DNA of 64,000 bases from an uncultured Eubacteriales bacterium (GCA_902774265.1 CACYHR010000007.1:6141-70140), one strand, 5' to 3'; counted from the stretch's first letter, positions 18,265 to 27,935 are shown. Numbers and translations are program-made. Notes: generated from the sequence alone by a model not told the origin.

Positions 18265-20004
18265 TTATCCGGAAATCACTTTCCAGATACTATATCCTCC
18301 GATTTTTCTGACTTTTTCAAGATGTATATTCTTTTTACTGCCGCCATACCACTTATTGTAGTATTCTTCCAGCCTGCCGATCCGTTTATTTCCGATATAG
18401 TACGCATTATCGTTATCTATCAGATCCTTTATCGGATTCGTCAGTCCGTATGCTTCCAGTTTTCCCAGTACATACGGCGACATTGTTCCCCAGCTGCCTG
18501 TTCCCATTACGTTTTTATCTTTTGCTGTAGCCGGTGCTTTCCATGGTTTTATATAATCATTGCTGCTTTTCTTTTCAGTAGTAGAGAACACGAAGAAATC
18601 CGAATCGTTATTCTCAATGTATTCAGCAAGCTCCGCCGGCATGACTTTTTTCTGAACGGTCTGATAAGCATCCCGGCAGTTTGAATGCATCGGTACGAGC
18701 ATAAGCAGTGCTGCTATTACTGCAATCGCCGTCACCGCTGAGTGTATCGCTGCTTTATTCCTGCTGACATCATTTTTTATGTAGAAAACACTCGCTGCAT
18801 ACATCAGCCACATCGCAGCGGAAATATCTGCTATGTAAAATGCCCTGTATGCCGGTCTCTGCATATAGTACAGCGCGATGTACAGTGCTGCTGTCAGACC
18901 ACCGACCGCGAATATATACAGAATATGTCTTGGTTTCAGTATAAGCATCATCCATACTGCGATAATAAAGAGCAGTATAAGATGCAGTCCCGAGAAACTC
19001 AGGTTTCGTACAGCTTTGATCACATGCTTTATAAATGATTTTACGGCAGATTTCGCTGCGGCAGCGGTGCTGCTGCCTTTATCACGTGAGGATGCGTCTA
19101 TGTCCACGATTTTTTCGAGATTATCTAAACCGGCTGCTCCGTCATAGTCAAAATACCAGTGATCTATCAGGTAAAGATCATTCCCGGATATTCCTATCTC
19201 ATCATATTTTGCCGCGTTCTCATCATATCTGTCATAAACACCGAAGTCCACCACAGAAGACCTTGCCTCGCTGTATGCCTTGTATCTGCTGAGTTCCTCG
19301 CCCTTTGTGTTTGCAATATATGACATGTGATTGAATACAAAGCATCCGCCTGTCAGCACTATCAGTATCACAAATGTGCCAAGCCGTTTTGATGTCAAAA
19401 ACTTCGTTTCTCCGGAATGCTTTCCTTTATCATCATTTCTGCAGGCAATTAACCACCAGATAACATACAGACCGGCATATGCGATTGCCGGCAGCAGTCC
19501 GTCTGCTCTCAGCGCAGCCCCTGTATAAAGCAGTAAAACAGAAATAACATAATAAACGATACCGTTGTCATAGATAAAAGAGTCCGCCATTACTATGAAT
19601 CCGGCTGCAAGAACGACAGCTGATGTTTTTGTAAACTGTATAGTACAGTAATGGTCTGCGGCAAACAAAGTTATGACTGCCAGTGCGAAAACCGTGATAA
19701 GGCTGCTCGTGCTTCTGTCCATTATCATCTTTGTGATACAGGTAAATGAGAACCATGAAGCTTCGATCTGGAAGATCACATAAACATTCCATGCAGATGT
19801 TAATGCCTGCAGACTTACCAGTATCCGGCAAAGATAGTAATTCACGAAATTGACCGCCGCATAACCGTCAACGATACGTGATGCGATAGCATAGTCATCG
19901 TTTGTCTCGTACAGCATATCAGTTGCTGCCAGAATTAACGCCAGTATAATCAGATTAACGCCGGCTGCAAGCAGCCATGTTCTTTTTGATGAGTATGATG
20001 CCAT
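18265..20004 (-). CDS. Large polytopic membrane protein of unknown function with two extracytoplasmic soluble segments (candidate glycopolymer transferase or polymerase)
   Basis: 579 aa with more than 10 predicted TM segments. Soluble insert around residues 230-310 and a ~130-aa C-terminal soluble domain. No motif I can name. Confidence 0.55.
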   Translation of the reverse strand: MASYSSKRTWLLAAGVNLIILALILAATDMLYETNDDYAIASRIVDGYAAVNFVNYYLCRILVSLQALTSAWNVYVIFQIEASWFSFTCITKMIMDRSTSSLITVFALAVITLFAADHYCTIQFTKTSAVVLAAGFIVMADSFIYDNGIVYYVISVLLLYTGAALRADGLLPAIAYAGLYVIWWLIACRNDDKGKHSGETKFLTSKRLGTFVILIVLTGGCFVFNHMSYIANTKGEELSRYKAYSEARSSVVDFGVYDRYDENAAKYDEIGISGNDLYLIDHWYFDYDGAAGLDNLEKIVDIDASSRDKGSSTAAAAKSAVKSFIKHVIKAVRNLSFSGLHLILLFIIAVWMMLILKPRHILYIFAVGGLTAALYIALYYMQRPAYRAFYIADISAAMWLMYAASVFYIKNDVSRNKAAIHSAVTAIAVIAALLMLVPMHSNCRDAYQTVQKKVMPAELAEYIENNDSDFFVFSTTEKKSSNDYIKPWKAPATAKDKNVMGTGSWGTMSPYVLGKLEAYGLTNPIKDLIDNDNAYYIGNKRIGRLEEYYNKWYGGSKKNIHLEKVRKIGGYSIWKVISG

Positions 20005-20023
20005 TTCTTCAATACCTTAAGAA

Positions 20024-20050
20024 GAGTTTCCCTGAATGAAAGGGAAACTC
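20024..20050 (-). terminator. 10-bp hairpin between 20086..21531 and 18265..20004 (weak terminator or attenuator candidate)
   Basis: Stem gagtttccct and its complement agggaaactc. On the minus strand it is followed only by ttcttaagg, a poor U-tract. Confidence 0.3.
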
Positions 20051-20085
20051 CTCCTCCTGATTTCTGAAAAATCAAATCTTTTAAA

Positions 20086-21531
20086 TTATTCATTGATCCT
20101 GTAGACCTTGATCCACTTTTTACCGGATGGATTAAGTCTGTAGTTTATGCCGGATTCCGAAGTCTCAAGTCTTCCGTATGTGTGCTTGTAATTTGCTTCG
20201 GCGATATATGCCCTGCCGTTACGAACTACATAAATACATACATGCATACCGTTAGGGTGTTTGTACAATATTACATCACCGGTTCTCAGTACACTGTGAT
20301 CACCGTTGTACGCGATTCTCGTAAACAGTCCGGAATTCTCGAAGTAAGGTCCCTGATCGTCCAGTCCACGCGGACAATCCTTCGCTACTCCGCTGGATCT
20401 CAGCACTGTACCGACGAAAACGTCACAGCTGGCTCCCACCTGAGGTGCTTTCCCCCATTTTCTTCCCGGATAGACTTCATCCAGGGCTTTTTTGTAAGCA
20501 TCGGTAGCTTTTCCCGATCCGTAGTTATACTTGCTGGATGATGTATCTTCCGGCCATGCAAGCTCAAACGCTTTTTTAGTTATCTTGTTTGCTCTTTTTG
20601 CAGCTTTTACTGTGAATTTATGGCTGAATACGGTCAGCTTCCTGCCGTTTACTACAGCTACTGCCTTATAGAAAAATTTGCCTGTTTTTAGTTTGCCGAA
20701 TTTGAGACCGCTGTCAAGATCAGCAAGGTCCGCTTTTGTTCCGCTGAGATCCTTTCCGGAGGAGATGACCCATTTGCCGGAAGAATCAGCTACAACAGCA
20801 TCGAGTCTGCTCATCTTCTTTTCGGAGCGGATCGTACCCATAATACTGAAAGGACTTCCTTTTGCAATGGTGTCCGGATATCTGATATCAGACAGAACGA
20901 ATTCTACTCCGTCCGCTGTTACAGATTTGCTTCCTTCGGAGTCATCATTATCGATCTTAAGATTATCATCATCCGAACCTTCAATCTCTACAGCATCGGA
21001 TTTTACATAATAATATTTGCTGTTCTTTTTGATCTTGTACCAGAGCGCATCACTTCCGGAAGCTTTTGCAGCCAGAACAACATCGACCTTATCATCTTTT
21101 TTGAGCGATCCGGCTTTTTTCATTTTGGTGCCGGCTCCCTTATAATACTTTGTTCCGCTTGTTACTGTACCACCGGATTTACTGTACTTTATGTTTTTTA
21201 TCAGATCGGATCTGATATATCCGGTCTGCCCGGATGGTGTTTTGATTTTATACCACCTGTGGGTCTTCTTAATGCTGGTTTTTTTGATGAATACCTCTTT
21301 TTGTATCTTAACACTTGTATTTAATTTGAGAATTGCTTTATTTTTGCTGGATGTGCCGGTCCCGGATCTTACTATCGCACCGCTCTTGGCATTTATTTTT
21401 CCGGTAGCATAATCCGGAGACGCTGCATTTACATTTGTCCCGCCATATATGAACAAAGTCATGACAAGACTTATGATCAGCAGAGCCGATACACATTGTC
21501 TCCTGTTTATTCCTTTAAGACTGTCACGCAT
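20086..21531 (-). CDS. Secreted protein with two SH3b domains, a central domain and a C-terminal NlpC/P60-like cysteine peptidase fold
   Basis: Signal peptide. SH3b-like segments HRWYKIKTPSGQTGYIRSDLI and ALWYKIKKNSKYYYVKSDAV. C-terminal GASCDVFV...GDVILYKHPNGMHVCIYV (Cys/His pattern). Confidence 0.7.
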   Translation of the reverse strand: MRDSLKGINRRQCVSALLIISLVMTLFIYGGTNVNAASPDYATGKINAKSGAIVRSGTGTSSKNKAILKLNTSVKIQKEVFIKKTSIKKTHRWYKIKTPSGQTGYIRSDLIKNIKYSKSGGTVTSGTKYYKGAGTKMKKAGSLKKDDKVDVVLAAKASGSDALWYKIKKNSKYYYVKSDAVEIEGSDDDNLKIDNDDSEGSKSVTADGVEFVLSDIRYPDTIAKGSPFSIMGTIRSEKKMSRLDAVVADSSGKWVISSGKDLSGTKADLADLDSGLKFGKLKTGKFFYKAVAVVNGRKLTVFSHKFTVKAAKRANKITKKAFELAWPEDTSSSKYNYGSGKATDAYKKALDEVYPGRKWGKAPQVGASCDVFVGTVLRSSGVAKDCPRGLDDQGPYFENSGLFTRIAYNGDHSVLRTGDVILYKHPNGMHVCIYVVRNGRAYIAEANYKHTYGRLETSESGINYRLNPSGKKWIKVYRINE

Positions 21532-21573
21532 TCTCTTTCCTCCAATGCCCTTATCTCTGATGATTATTTTTTT

Positions 21574-21579
21574 ATTATA
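21574..21579 (-). promoter_or_regulatory. Candidate -10 box (TATAAT) upstream of 20086..21531
   Basis: The minus strand reads cgtgagtataat about 43 nt upstream of the ATG. The -35 is poor (TTTTTA). Confidence 0.3.
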
Positions 21580-21677
21580 CTCACGATAAACGATCTTAAA
21601 AAGGTCTATTTACATTCTTTAAGATTCTTTTTAACTGATTTGTGACTATTCAGCTCTCGCTGCGTCTTCTCCGAATA

Positions 21678-22892
21678 TCAAATCACCGGATCCGGTTCTA
21701 CTTCTATATGTATATTTTCAAGGGCGCGGTGCAGGTATTCGACTGCCTCATCGAGAGTTTCTCCCTTTGCTATCACATGCCCTATTCTGTTTGGCCCTAC
21801 CCTGAATTTACGGACATGTCTGCCCGGTTCAAAGTCAAACTGAATATCACATATATGAGGATCAGGCTGATTATTATTCTGCTGACTCGCTATATTTCCA
21901 TCTTTATCCGACATCAGCAGCATGCTCGCATTAGGTATGAACCCGTTCTTTTCAGCGTCTGCTATGACCTTTTCAAAATCATATTTTTCTCCGATCGCAA
22001 CTCTGATTATGGCTTCGTAATAATCAAAGTCATAATATATCGAAACAAGCTCTGCCAGGCAGGTTGCGCCCGATCTTCCTCCGAGTTCCAGTACATATGT
22101 CATGCCGTTGCTCAGTATGAAGTCTGCATTTATGGCGCAGTTGTCGAGTTTCATTGCTTTTGCCGCCCTGCTGAGCTGATCCCTGGCATCGGCTGCTGTT
22201 TCAGGAGACAGATCGTATGGAGCAAAGTGCCCTATAGGGACGCCTGTATCGCCTTTGAACACATAGTCTCCATGCGGCAGTATAAACTCGAGTTTACCGT
22301 CCTGCACAAAAGCCTGCGCTCCGAACTCTTCACCTTCTATATATTCTTCGACTATAAAATAGTCGGATCTTGTATTTTCGAATACTGTTTTTCTGGCTTC
22401 ATCGAACTGCTCTGCCGAATCGACCTTGACTATGCCGCGGCTTCCGGATGAATCAACGGATTTGAACATTACCGGCATCTGCAGTTCCGAAATTGTCTTC
22501 GCATAGTTTTCTTCAGCAAACGGTATCTTGCGGAACCGCGCGCTTCTGACTCCGTTCTTTTCGTATGCTTCTTTCATCAGCAGTTTATCCGTTGCTATTT
22601 CCGCTGCTCTGAAAGACAGACCTCTGAGTCCCAGTTCATCACAGACCTTGCCTATAGTGATCACGGCAACATCTGTTCCGGCTGTAACTATACCGTCTAC
22701 TTTTTCTTTTTTTGCGATCTCAAGTATGCGCTTATAATCGGTCGTATCCTCATAATAGACCTTATCCGCAAATCTGAAGCCGGGATAGTTACCGCGTATG
22801 CTGGATACGACTGTGTAAATCCCCATTCTTTTCGCCGTTTTGATCAGCGGCACCTGATATGTGCCTGCTCCGAGTATCAGTATCTTTTTCAT
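21678..22892 (-). CDS. ATP-grasp domain ligase (paralog 1)
   Basis: Motifs MKKILILGAGTYQVPLIKTAKRMG, PVMFKSVDSSGSRGIVKV, IVEEYIEGEEF and VLELGGRSG. Same architecture as 26669..27901 and 28926..30029. Confidence 0.8.
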   Translation of the reverse strand: MKKILILGAGTYQVPLIKTAKRMGIYTVVSSIRGNYPGFRFADKVYYEDTTDYKRILEIAKKEKVDGIVTAGTDVAVITIGKVCDELGLRGLSFRAAEIATDKLLMKEAYEKNGVRSARFRKIPFAEENYAKTISELQMPVMFKSVDSSGSRGIVKVDSAEQFDEARKTVFENTRSDYFIVEEYIEGEEFGAQAFVQDGKLEFILPHGDYVFKGDTGVPIGHFAPYDLSPETAADARDQLSRAAKAMKLDNCAINADFILSNGMTYVLELGGRSGATCLAELVSIYYDFDYYEAIIRVAIGEKYDFEKVIADAEKNGFIPNASMLLMSDKDGNIASQQNNNQPDPHICDIQFDFEPGRHVRKFRVGPNRIGHVIAKGETLDEAVEYLHRALENIHIEVEPDPVI

Positions 22893-22979
22893 AGTCCTTT
22901 TTTTTTATAATAAGTCGTAAGATTTATCTTAATTATCCGGCAGATCTAAACTGTATCGCGGCCTTTATGCCCTGAGAAC

Positions 22980-23131
22980 TGTTCAACCAGGAGCAAAGCT
23001 CCAACAAGCTCGCTTGATTGGAGCGAGCGACGCCGTCAACAGACACCGGGAGCTTCAGCTCCTGAGAGCATCAGTGGCGAAAATGGAACCCGCCGCCTAA
23101 GAGGCGGGGGACATCCGGTGTCTGTTATTTT
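22980..23131. repeat. Copy B of the conserved structured intergenic element, including a 12-bp long-range stem
   Basis: 22980..23077 and 23078..23095 match copy A (2629..2726 and 2752..2769). aacagacaccgg (23038..23049) is complementary to ccggtgtctgtt (23115..23126). Internal hairpins on the minus-strand reading: ggagc-tgaa-gctcc, gctcgct-ccaatca-agcgagc, ggagc-ttt-gctcc and cccgcc...ggcggg. Confidence 0.85.
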
Positions 23132-24057
23132 CTGCCTGTATACACATGCCGCACTACATATTGCGGATCATTTGTCATATTCTTGAACATCCGCCCCAGA
23201 TATTCACCTATGACCCCGAGAAACATCATTATCAGTCCCGAGAAGAAGCATATGCTTACCATCATTGAATACCAGCCTACCGCGCTTGTCGGTGCAAAAA
23301 GCTTTTTGAGTACTATGGCGATTGCACCGATTATTCCGAGTATTGAGAAGAATATACCTACCCTCTGCGCTATCCTCAGCGGTACTATGGAATAACCCAT
23401 TATATTGGACCATAGACTTATCAGTTTTTTCAGATTATAGCCCGATGAGCCGTAAGCTCTGTCATAGTGTTCCACCGGTACGCATGCTATATTCCTTGTA
23501 GTCCTGAGGAAGAGTCCCTGCAGGTGAGTGTAATGGCTCCTGTATTCTATTACGTAATCCCTTACGAATTTCCTTATTATCCAGAAGCTCGATGTCTTCA
23601 GTTCCTTAGGTTTGCCGATCAGTATCCTTACGGAGATATAATTGACCCAGCTGCCGAAATTTCTGAATATGCTGTGGTGCTTTTCCGGATAATATCCGTA
23701 TACAATGTCATAGCCTTTGTCGAATTCCTCGAACATCACCGGAAGCTGCGACGGATGAGTCTGCATATCATCATCCATTGCGATAAGTATTTCCCCTTCG
23801 GCATGATTCAGGCCGGCCATGACCGCGTTATGCTGACCGGCATTCTGTGCCAGTTCGATCACTTTGACATACGGATATTCATCGGCAAGTGCCCTTAATT
23901 CACATATCGTATCGCCTCCATCGGGCGAACTGTCATCTACCAGGACGAATTCGTATGGAGTCTTTCCCATCTCTTCCATTTTGGCAGAGGTCAGTTCCAC
24001 TACCTCACGGATAGTGTGTGCAGATTTATAGCAGGGAATTACTATTGAGTACAGCAT
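23125..24057 (-). CDS. GT2 polyprenyl-phosphate glycosyltransferase (GtrB/CsbB/ArnC type), copy a
   Basis: Motifs SIVIPCYKS, VLVDDSSPDG and IAMDDDMQ, plus a C-terminal two-TM hairpin ending GVIGEYLGRMF. The start overlaps the flippase stop by 16 nt. Confidence 0.85.
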   Translation of the reverse strand: MLYSIVIPCYKSAHTIREVVELTSAKMEEMGKTPYEFVLVDDSSPDGGDTICELRALADEYPYVKVIELAQNAGQHNAVMAGLNHAEGEILIAMDDDMQTHPSQLPVMFEEFDKGYDIVYGYYPEKHHSIFRNFGSWVNYISVRILIGKPKELKTSSFWIIRKFVRDYVIEYRSHYTHLQGLFLRTTRNIACVPVEHYDRAYGSSGYNLKKLISLWSNIMGYSIVPLRIAQRVGIFFSILGIIGAIAIVLKKLFAPTSAVGWYSMMVSICFFSGLIMMFLGVIGEYLGRMFKNMTNDPQYVVRHVYTGRK

Positions 24058-25343
24058 TCGATCTCCTTTTTCTCTTTATTAAGCGCTCTGACTGTGATGG
24101 CACCCAGCGATACAGCAAGGAATGTCATAAGGATAAGGTTGACAAGTGCCGCTCCCATGATGCCGTATGATCTGATCAGCGGCCCCGCCATCAGTTTCGC
24201 GGCAACCGCCGCAATTCCGTAGCAGTAGGTAAGCGGTCTCTGCGCTCTGATAACCGCCATCAGTGTGCTGAAATATATGCTGTATGCCAGCATGCCTCCG
24301 CTCACCATTATTACGCACAGCTCCGCTTTGTAATTCGAAAGGTCAGTGCCGAATATGATAGACAGTACAGGTATGCCTATCGTAGCGGCGACGACCACAG
24401 CCAGAACAGCCAGTCCGAGAACCACCAGACACATCTGTCTGATCATTTTTATCAGTCTCCTGAATTTAGCTGCTTCGTGTGACTGCCACATTTCAGCATA
24501 TACGACCAGTACAGGGTTGAATATAAACTGCGTCACCATCTGTACTACATATGTCGGCATAAAAATCTTATTGTATATTGACTGTATCTCATCTGTAAGA
24601 TAAGCATCAATTGCGTATTTCGGTGCGTTACTTATGTACATATTCAGGAACAGGCTCAGAAAGAGCGGGAAACCTTCTATCAGAAGCAGCCTGAATTTGT
24701 CCGCCGTGATCGACGGTTTCATCGTATCCGTATAGAATCTCGTGGCGTTTACCGATGTCAGCATCAGTACGGCAAATGATATGACAAGACATACCATGAC
24801 GGCCAGACACAGATCATGGAACACGATAAGCACGATAACATAAGCTGCTAGTTCCGCCGTATATCTTATCGATGCGGCCTTACCTGCAACATCCAGTCTG
24901 TTTTTCTGCTGCAGATGACCGTGCAGCACATCCGCATATGCCTGTATAGCTTTGATGAGGCAGATGCCCATTACTACAGAGAATTTGGAAAAGCTGTAAT
25001 CTCTGTACATGACACCGAATATGCTGTACATAAGACAGCCTGCCAGCATTGCAGCACAGCTTATGAACCTCATCGCATGGTATTCGCAGAATTTAAAATC
25101 CTCATTGATATCTGAAGACTGATAACGTCTCAGACCATACTGACCGAGGAAATACATCAGGTTGGCTTCCGCCAGCGCTATCGAGAATATACCGGCGTCG
25201 GTCTCTCCGTTCGTCCTTGTCGCTACTGCAAGAACGACCGGACTCTGCATAGCCAGTATCATTGCGTTCACGGCATTCCATATATAGGAACTGCGTCCGG
25301 TATTATTCGTTTTTTCAAGAAATCTGACTATAGCTTTTAACAT
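24042..25343 (-). CDS. MOP-superfamily (Wzx-like) lipid-linked glycan flippase
   Basis: 433 aa with about 12 TM. N-terminal layout and length are typical of polysaccharide biosynthesis (Wzx) proteins. No catalytic motif is expected. Confidence 0.7.
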   Translation of the reverse strand: MLKAIVRFLEKTNNTGRSSYIWNAVNAMILAMQSPVVLAVATRTNGETDAGIFSIALAEANLMYFLGQYGLRRYQSSDINEDFKFCEYHAMRFISCAAMLAGCLMYSIFGVMYRDYSFSKFSVVMGICLIKAIQAYADVLHGHLQQKNRLDVAGKAASIRYTAELAAYVIVLIVFHDLCLAVMVCLVISFAVLMLTSVNATRFYTDTMKPSITADKFRLLLIEGFPLFLSLFLNMYISNAPKYAIDAYLTDEIQSIYNKIFMPTYVVQMVTQFIFNPVLVVYAEMWQSHEAAKFRRLIKMIRQMCLVVLGLAVLAVVVAATIGIPVLSIIFGTDLSNYKAELCVIMVSGGMLAYSIYFSTLMAVIRAQRPLTYCYGIAAVAAKLMAGPLIRSYGIMGAALVNLILMTFLAVSLGAITVRALNKEKKEIECCTQ

Positions 25344-25348
25344 AAGTT

Positions 25349-26665
25349 TTACATTCTGCAGATAAAGCAGCGCATCTTTCCGTTCTCATCAGGAGGTATC
25401 TCATCCATCCACTCGAATACAAGCCTGTATTCCGGTCTTCCGTAGAGTTCCTCTACCTTCCTTTCGTAGAACTTCTCAATGTCCTCCTTTGTAGTATCTT
25501 GGTTTCCCGGATCCTTGACGAGCAGTATATGTATCTCATCTATTGCTGTCTGGACATATCTGAACTGAGCTATACCCGTAATTCCGTTCGGTATCTTCAT
25601 CAGTTCTGTTGCAGATGTCTCCGTACCGTCTGCATGTCTGACCATGTCATTAGTCCTGCCCTTTATGGTCTTGATATATCTTACACCCTCTACAGTCTCA
25701 GAGGTGGCAGTATCACCAATCTCATAATTGATGATAGGGAAATCCCTCTTATACAGAGTCGTTCCGATGACCCTTCCCTCATCCGCAAGCGCTCCGTTAT
25801 CGTCGATCAGATTAAGCACATGCGTATCCGCATAAATATAATACTTGTCCATGCCAGGCAGCCTGACAGCGCAGCTTCCGGTCTCATTGCATCCGTATGC
25901 ATCCATCAGTCCCGGTCCGTATGTCTCAAGCAGCAGCTTGCGTGTCATCTCATCTACCATCTCACTGACCGGAGTGTAAACCTTAGGCTGGTGTATCTTC
26001 ATATCATGCTTCTTTGCATATAGAGCCATCCTGACCAGCACATTTTTACGGAAACACAGACAATCCGGCTTGTAATCATTCACAAGCTCTATCAGATCTC
26101 TCATTCCCTCACCTACGTAAAGATGTTCCGGAACGATCTTACGTCTCATTAATCCGAGCTTCTGCACCCATGAATCACCCTTTTTAGGGTCTACTTTTGA
26201 ATGAGTCGTCAGGAAAGAGAGCATTTTGCCGGTAAAAGGTTTGTATCCGGCAAACATCAGCACTCTGATCCAGTTGGCATTCATGCATGCTGCCTCGCGG
26301 TGTGTAAGTGCAAATTTAAGAGGAACTCCTGACGAACCGCTGGTGCTGAAAATCTCCCAATCCTGAGCTTTGTCCGGATGAGCCTCGAACTCGCTCTGCA
26401 TCCATTCCCGCAGATCCTTTCTCGTCATTACAGGGAATTTTACAAGATCCTCAGTGCATGTAAAATCATCGGGCGTCAGTCCGAGTTCATCGAATTTTGC
26501 CCTGTAATAAGGCACATGAGAATATGCCCTCTTCATCGTCTTATGGACCAGCCTGTCCTGACGGGCTTTGATCTTTTTGTGATCCTGCGGCACTTTTTTA
26601 TCCAGTTTCATCAGATAATAAAATGTCATCACATTCTTGAATTCTTTTTTGATAAATGAAGCCAT
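25349..26665 (-). CDS. Adenylate-forming ligase of the phenylacetate-CoA ligase (PaaK/CapK/F390 synthetase) family
   Basis: 438 aa. Motifs FSTSGSSGVPLKF, YGCNETG and VIGTTLYKRDFPIINYEIGD, with a PaaK-like size. Confidence 0.8.
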   Translation of the reverse strand: MASFIKKEFKNVMTFYYLMKLDKKVPQDHKKIKARQDRLVHKTMKRAYSHVPYYRAKFDELGLTPDDFTCTEDLVKFPVMTRKDLREWMQSEFEAHPDKAQDWEIFSTSGSSGVPLKFALTHREAACMNANWIRVLMFAGYKPFTGKMLSFLTTHSKVDPKKGDSWVQKLGLMRRKIVPEHLYVGEGMRDLIELVNDYKPDCLCFRKNVLVRMALYAKKHDMKIHQPKVYTPVSEMVDEMTRKLLLETYGPGLMDAYGCNETGSCAVRLPGMDKYYIYADTHVLNLIDDNGALADEGRVIGTTLYKRDFPIINYEIGDTATSETVEGVRYIKTIKGRTNDMVRHADGTETSATELMKIPNGITGIAQFRYVQTAIDEIHILLVKDPGNQDTTKEDIEKFYERKVEELYGRPEYRLVFEWMDEIPPDENGKMRCFICRM

Positions 26666-26668
26666 ATC

Positions 26669-27901
26669 CTACTCCCATATCGGGCCTTTTAAGCCCTCGT
26701 TCGTTTCGATTTGTATATCTATGATATTGCGTATCTCTCCGATACGTTCGATCATCTCTTTTCTGCTGCCTGCATGCAGTATGACCGCGCAGCGCTGATC
26801 CTTGTCTTCAAGAGCATGTGTCATCATGCCGGTTTTGATATCGTTGAACTTGGTCTTGACGACATAATCCAGTTTTTCCACTTTATCCAGTCCCGCGATC
26901 GACACGATCCGTCCCTGCGGCAGATAGAAGCATGCGTACCCGGCATGACATTTGTTCATTTCAAAATCAGGTACATCATCAAGCTGTCCGAGTGCTGTTT
27001 TTACCAGGAAATCAGCTGTATCAAGACCGGTCTCAAGCTTTGCTATATGCGAGGCGATATATGTTCCGCCGCCTCTCAGTGCGGCTTCTATCAGATATAT
27101 CTCGCCTGTCTTTTCATCCATGATATATTCATTATGAGAAATGCCCTGCTTCATGCCAAAGCCCTCATTGATGCGGTTGCTGTATGCCAGCAGGCGCTCA
27201 ACGGTAAGCGGATCTGCCTCAGAAGGATACAGTCTTGAAGCAGAGGAGAAAACATTTGGGATACTGAATTCATTGAGATCTGCGTACATAAGTACTCTGA
27301 CGTGTCCGTTCACGGCTATTGAATCCACCTCGAACTGCGGACCTTCAACAAATCTCTCCACAATAATATCGCCGCTTTCGGAATACTGCTTCGCTTCATC
27401 CCACTTCTCCATGAGTTCAGCTTCACTACGGATCTTTGATATTCCTCTGCTGCTGCAGTTATCCACCGGTTTTATGATAGCCGTCCCGTTCAGGCTTCTG
27501 AATATCCGGACTGCCTCATCAGGCTCTCTGACCACATAGCTTTCTATAGTGGCAAGTCCCAGCTCTTTGCTCCTCTTCCTCATGAGATGTTTGTCGGTGT
27601 ACAGACAGGCCGTCTCGTATCCGTTACCCGGCAGTCCGAGTTTTTCCGCAACATATGCGACAGGTCTGACGAATATCTCCGCCTGATCGGAGATTATCCC
27701 GTCGATCTGTTCTCTGCGTGCCGCCTCGAGCACAAACTCAGCATCCCTTGCATCATGGAACAGCACCTTGTCAGCTGCTTTTATTCCCGGGTAGTCCCCG
27801 TCAGGTGTAACGCATATGACCTGCAGACCATGTTTCTTTGCTGCATTTATGAGGGGCATCTGGAAGGTTCCTGCCCCCAGTATCATTAGTTTAGCGCTCA
27901 A
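26669..27901 (-). CDS. ATP-grasp domain ligase (paralog 2)
   Basis: Motifs KLMILGAGTFQMPLINAAKKHG, AIIKPVDNCSSRGISKI, IVERFVEGPQFE and LIEAALRGGG. Confidence 0.8.
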   Translation of the reverse strand: MSAKLMILGAGTFQMPLINAAKKHGLQVICVTPDGDYPGIKAADKVLFHDARDAEFVLEAARREQIDGIISDQAEIFVRPVAYVAEKLGLPGNGYETACLYTDKHLMRKRSKELGLATIESYVVREPDEAVRIFRSLNGTAIIKPVDNCSSRGISKIRSEAELMEKWDEAKQYSESGDIIVERFVEGPQFEVDSIAVNGHVRVLMYADLNEFSIPNVFSSASRLYPSEADPLTVERLLAYSNRINEGFGMKQGISHNEYIMDEKTGEIYLIEAALRGGGTYIASHIAKLETGLDTADFLVKTALGQLDDVPDFEMNKCHAGYACFYLPQGRIVSIAGLDKVEKLDYVVKTKFNDIKTGMMTHALEDKDQRCAVILHAGSRKEMIERIGEIRNIIDIQIETNEGLKGPIWE

Positions 27902-27935
27902 TTTACCGTCTCTTTTCTTCTGTATATGAAATATC

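Noticed and set aside
22898-22906. T9 (minus-strand A9) tract between a TATAAA box and the start of ATP-grasp 1, considered as a possible phase-variation site.
   Set aside because: It is a single homopolymer in an AT-rich spacer. The promoter assignment there is weak (TTAAGA-17-TATAAA), and nothing in a single sequence shows length variation.
22980-23100. Assignment of the repeated element to a known riboswitch or leader class (cobalamin, c-di-GMP, c-di-AMP/ydaO, glmS, T-box, EAR).
   Set aside because: None of the conserved core sequences I remember for these classes is present. No class is claimed, and an Rfam covariance-model search is needed.
23038-23131. Plus-strand reading of copy B as an intrinsic terminator (12-bp stem followed by ttattttct).
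   Set aside because: The loop would be about 65 nt, far larger than in intrinsic terminators. There is also no plus-strand gene upstream to terminate. It is kept only as a structural note inside the repeat finding.
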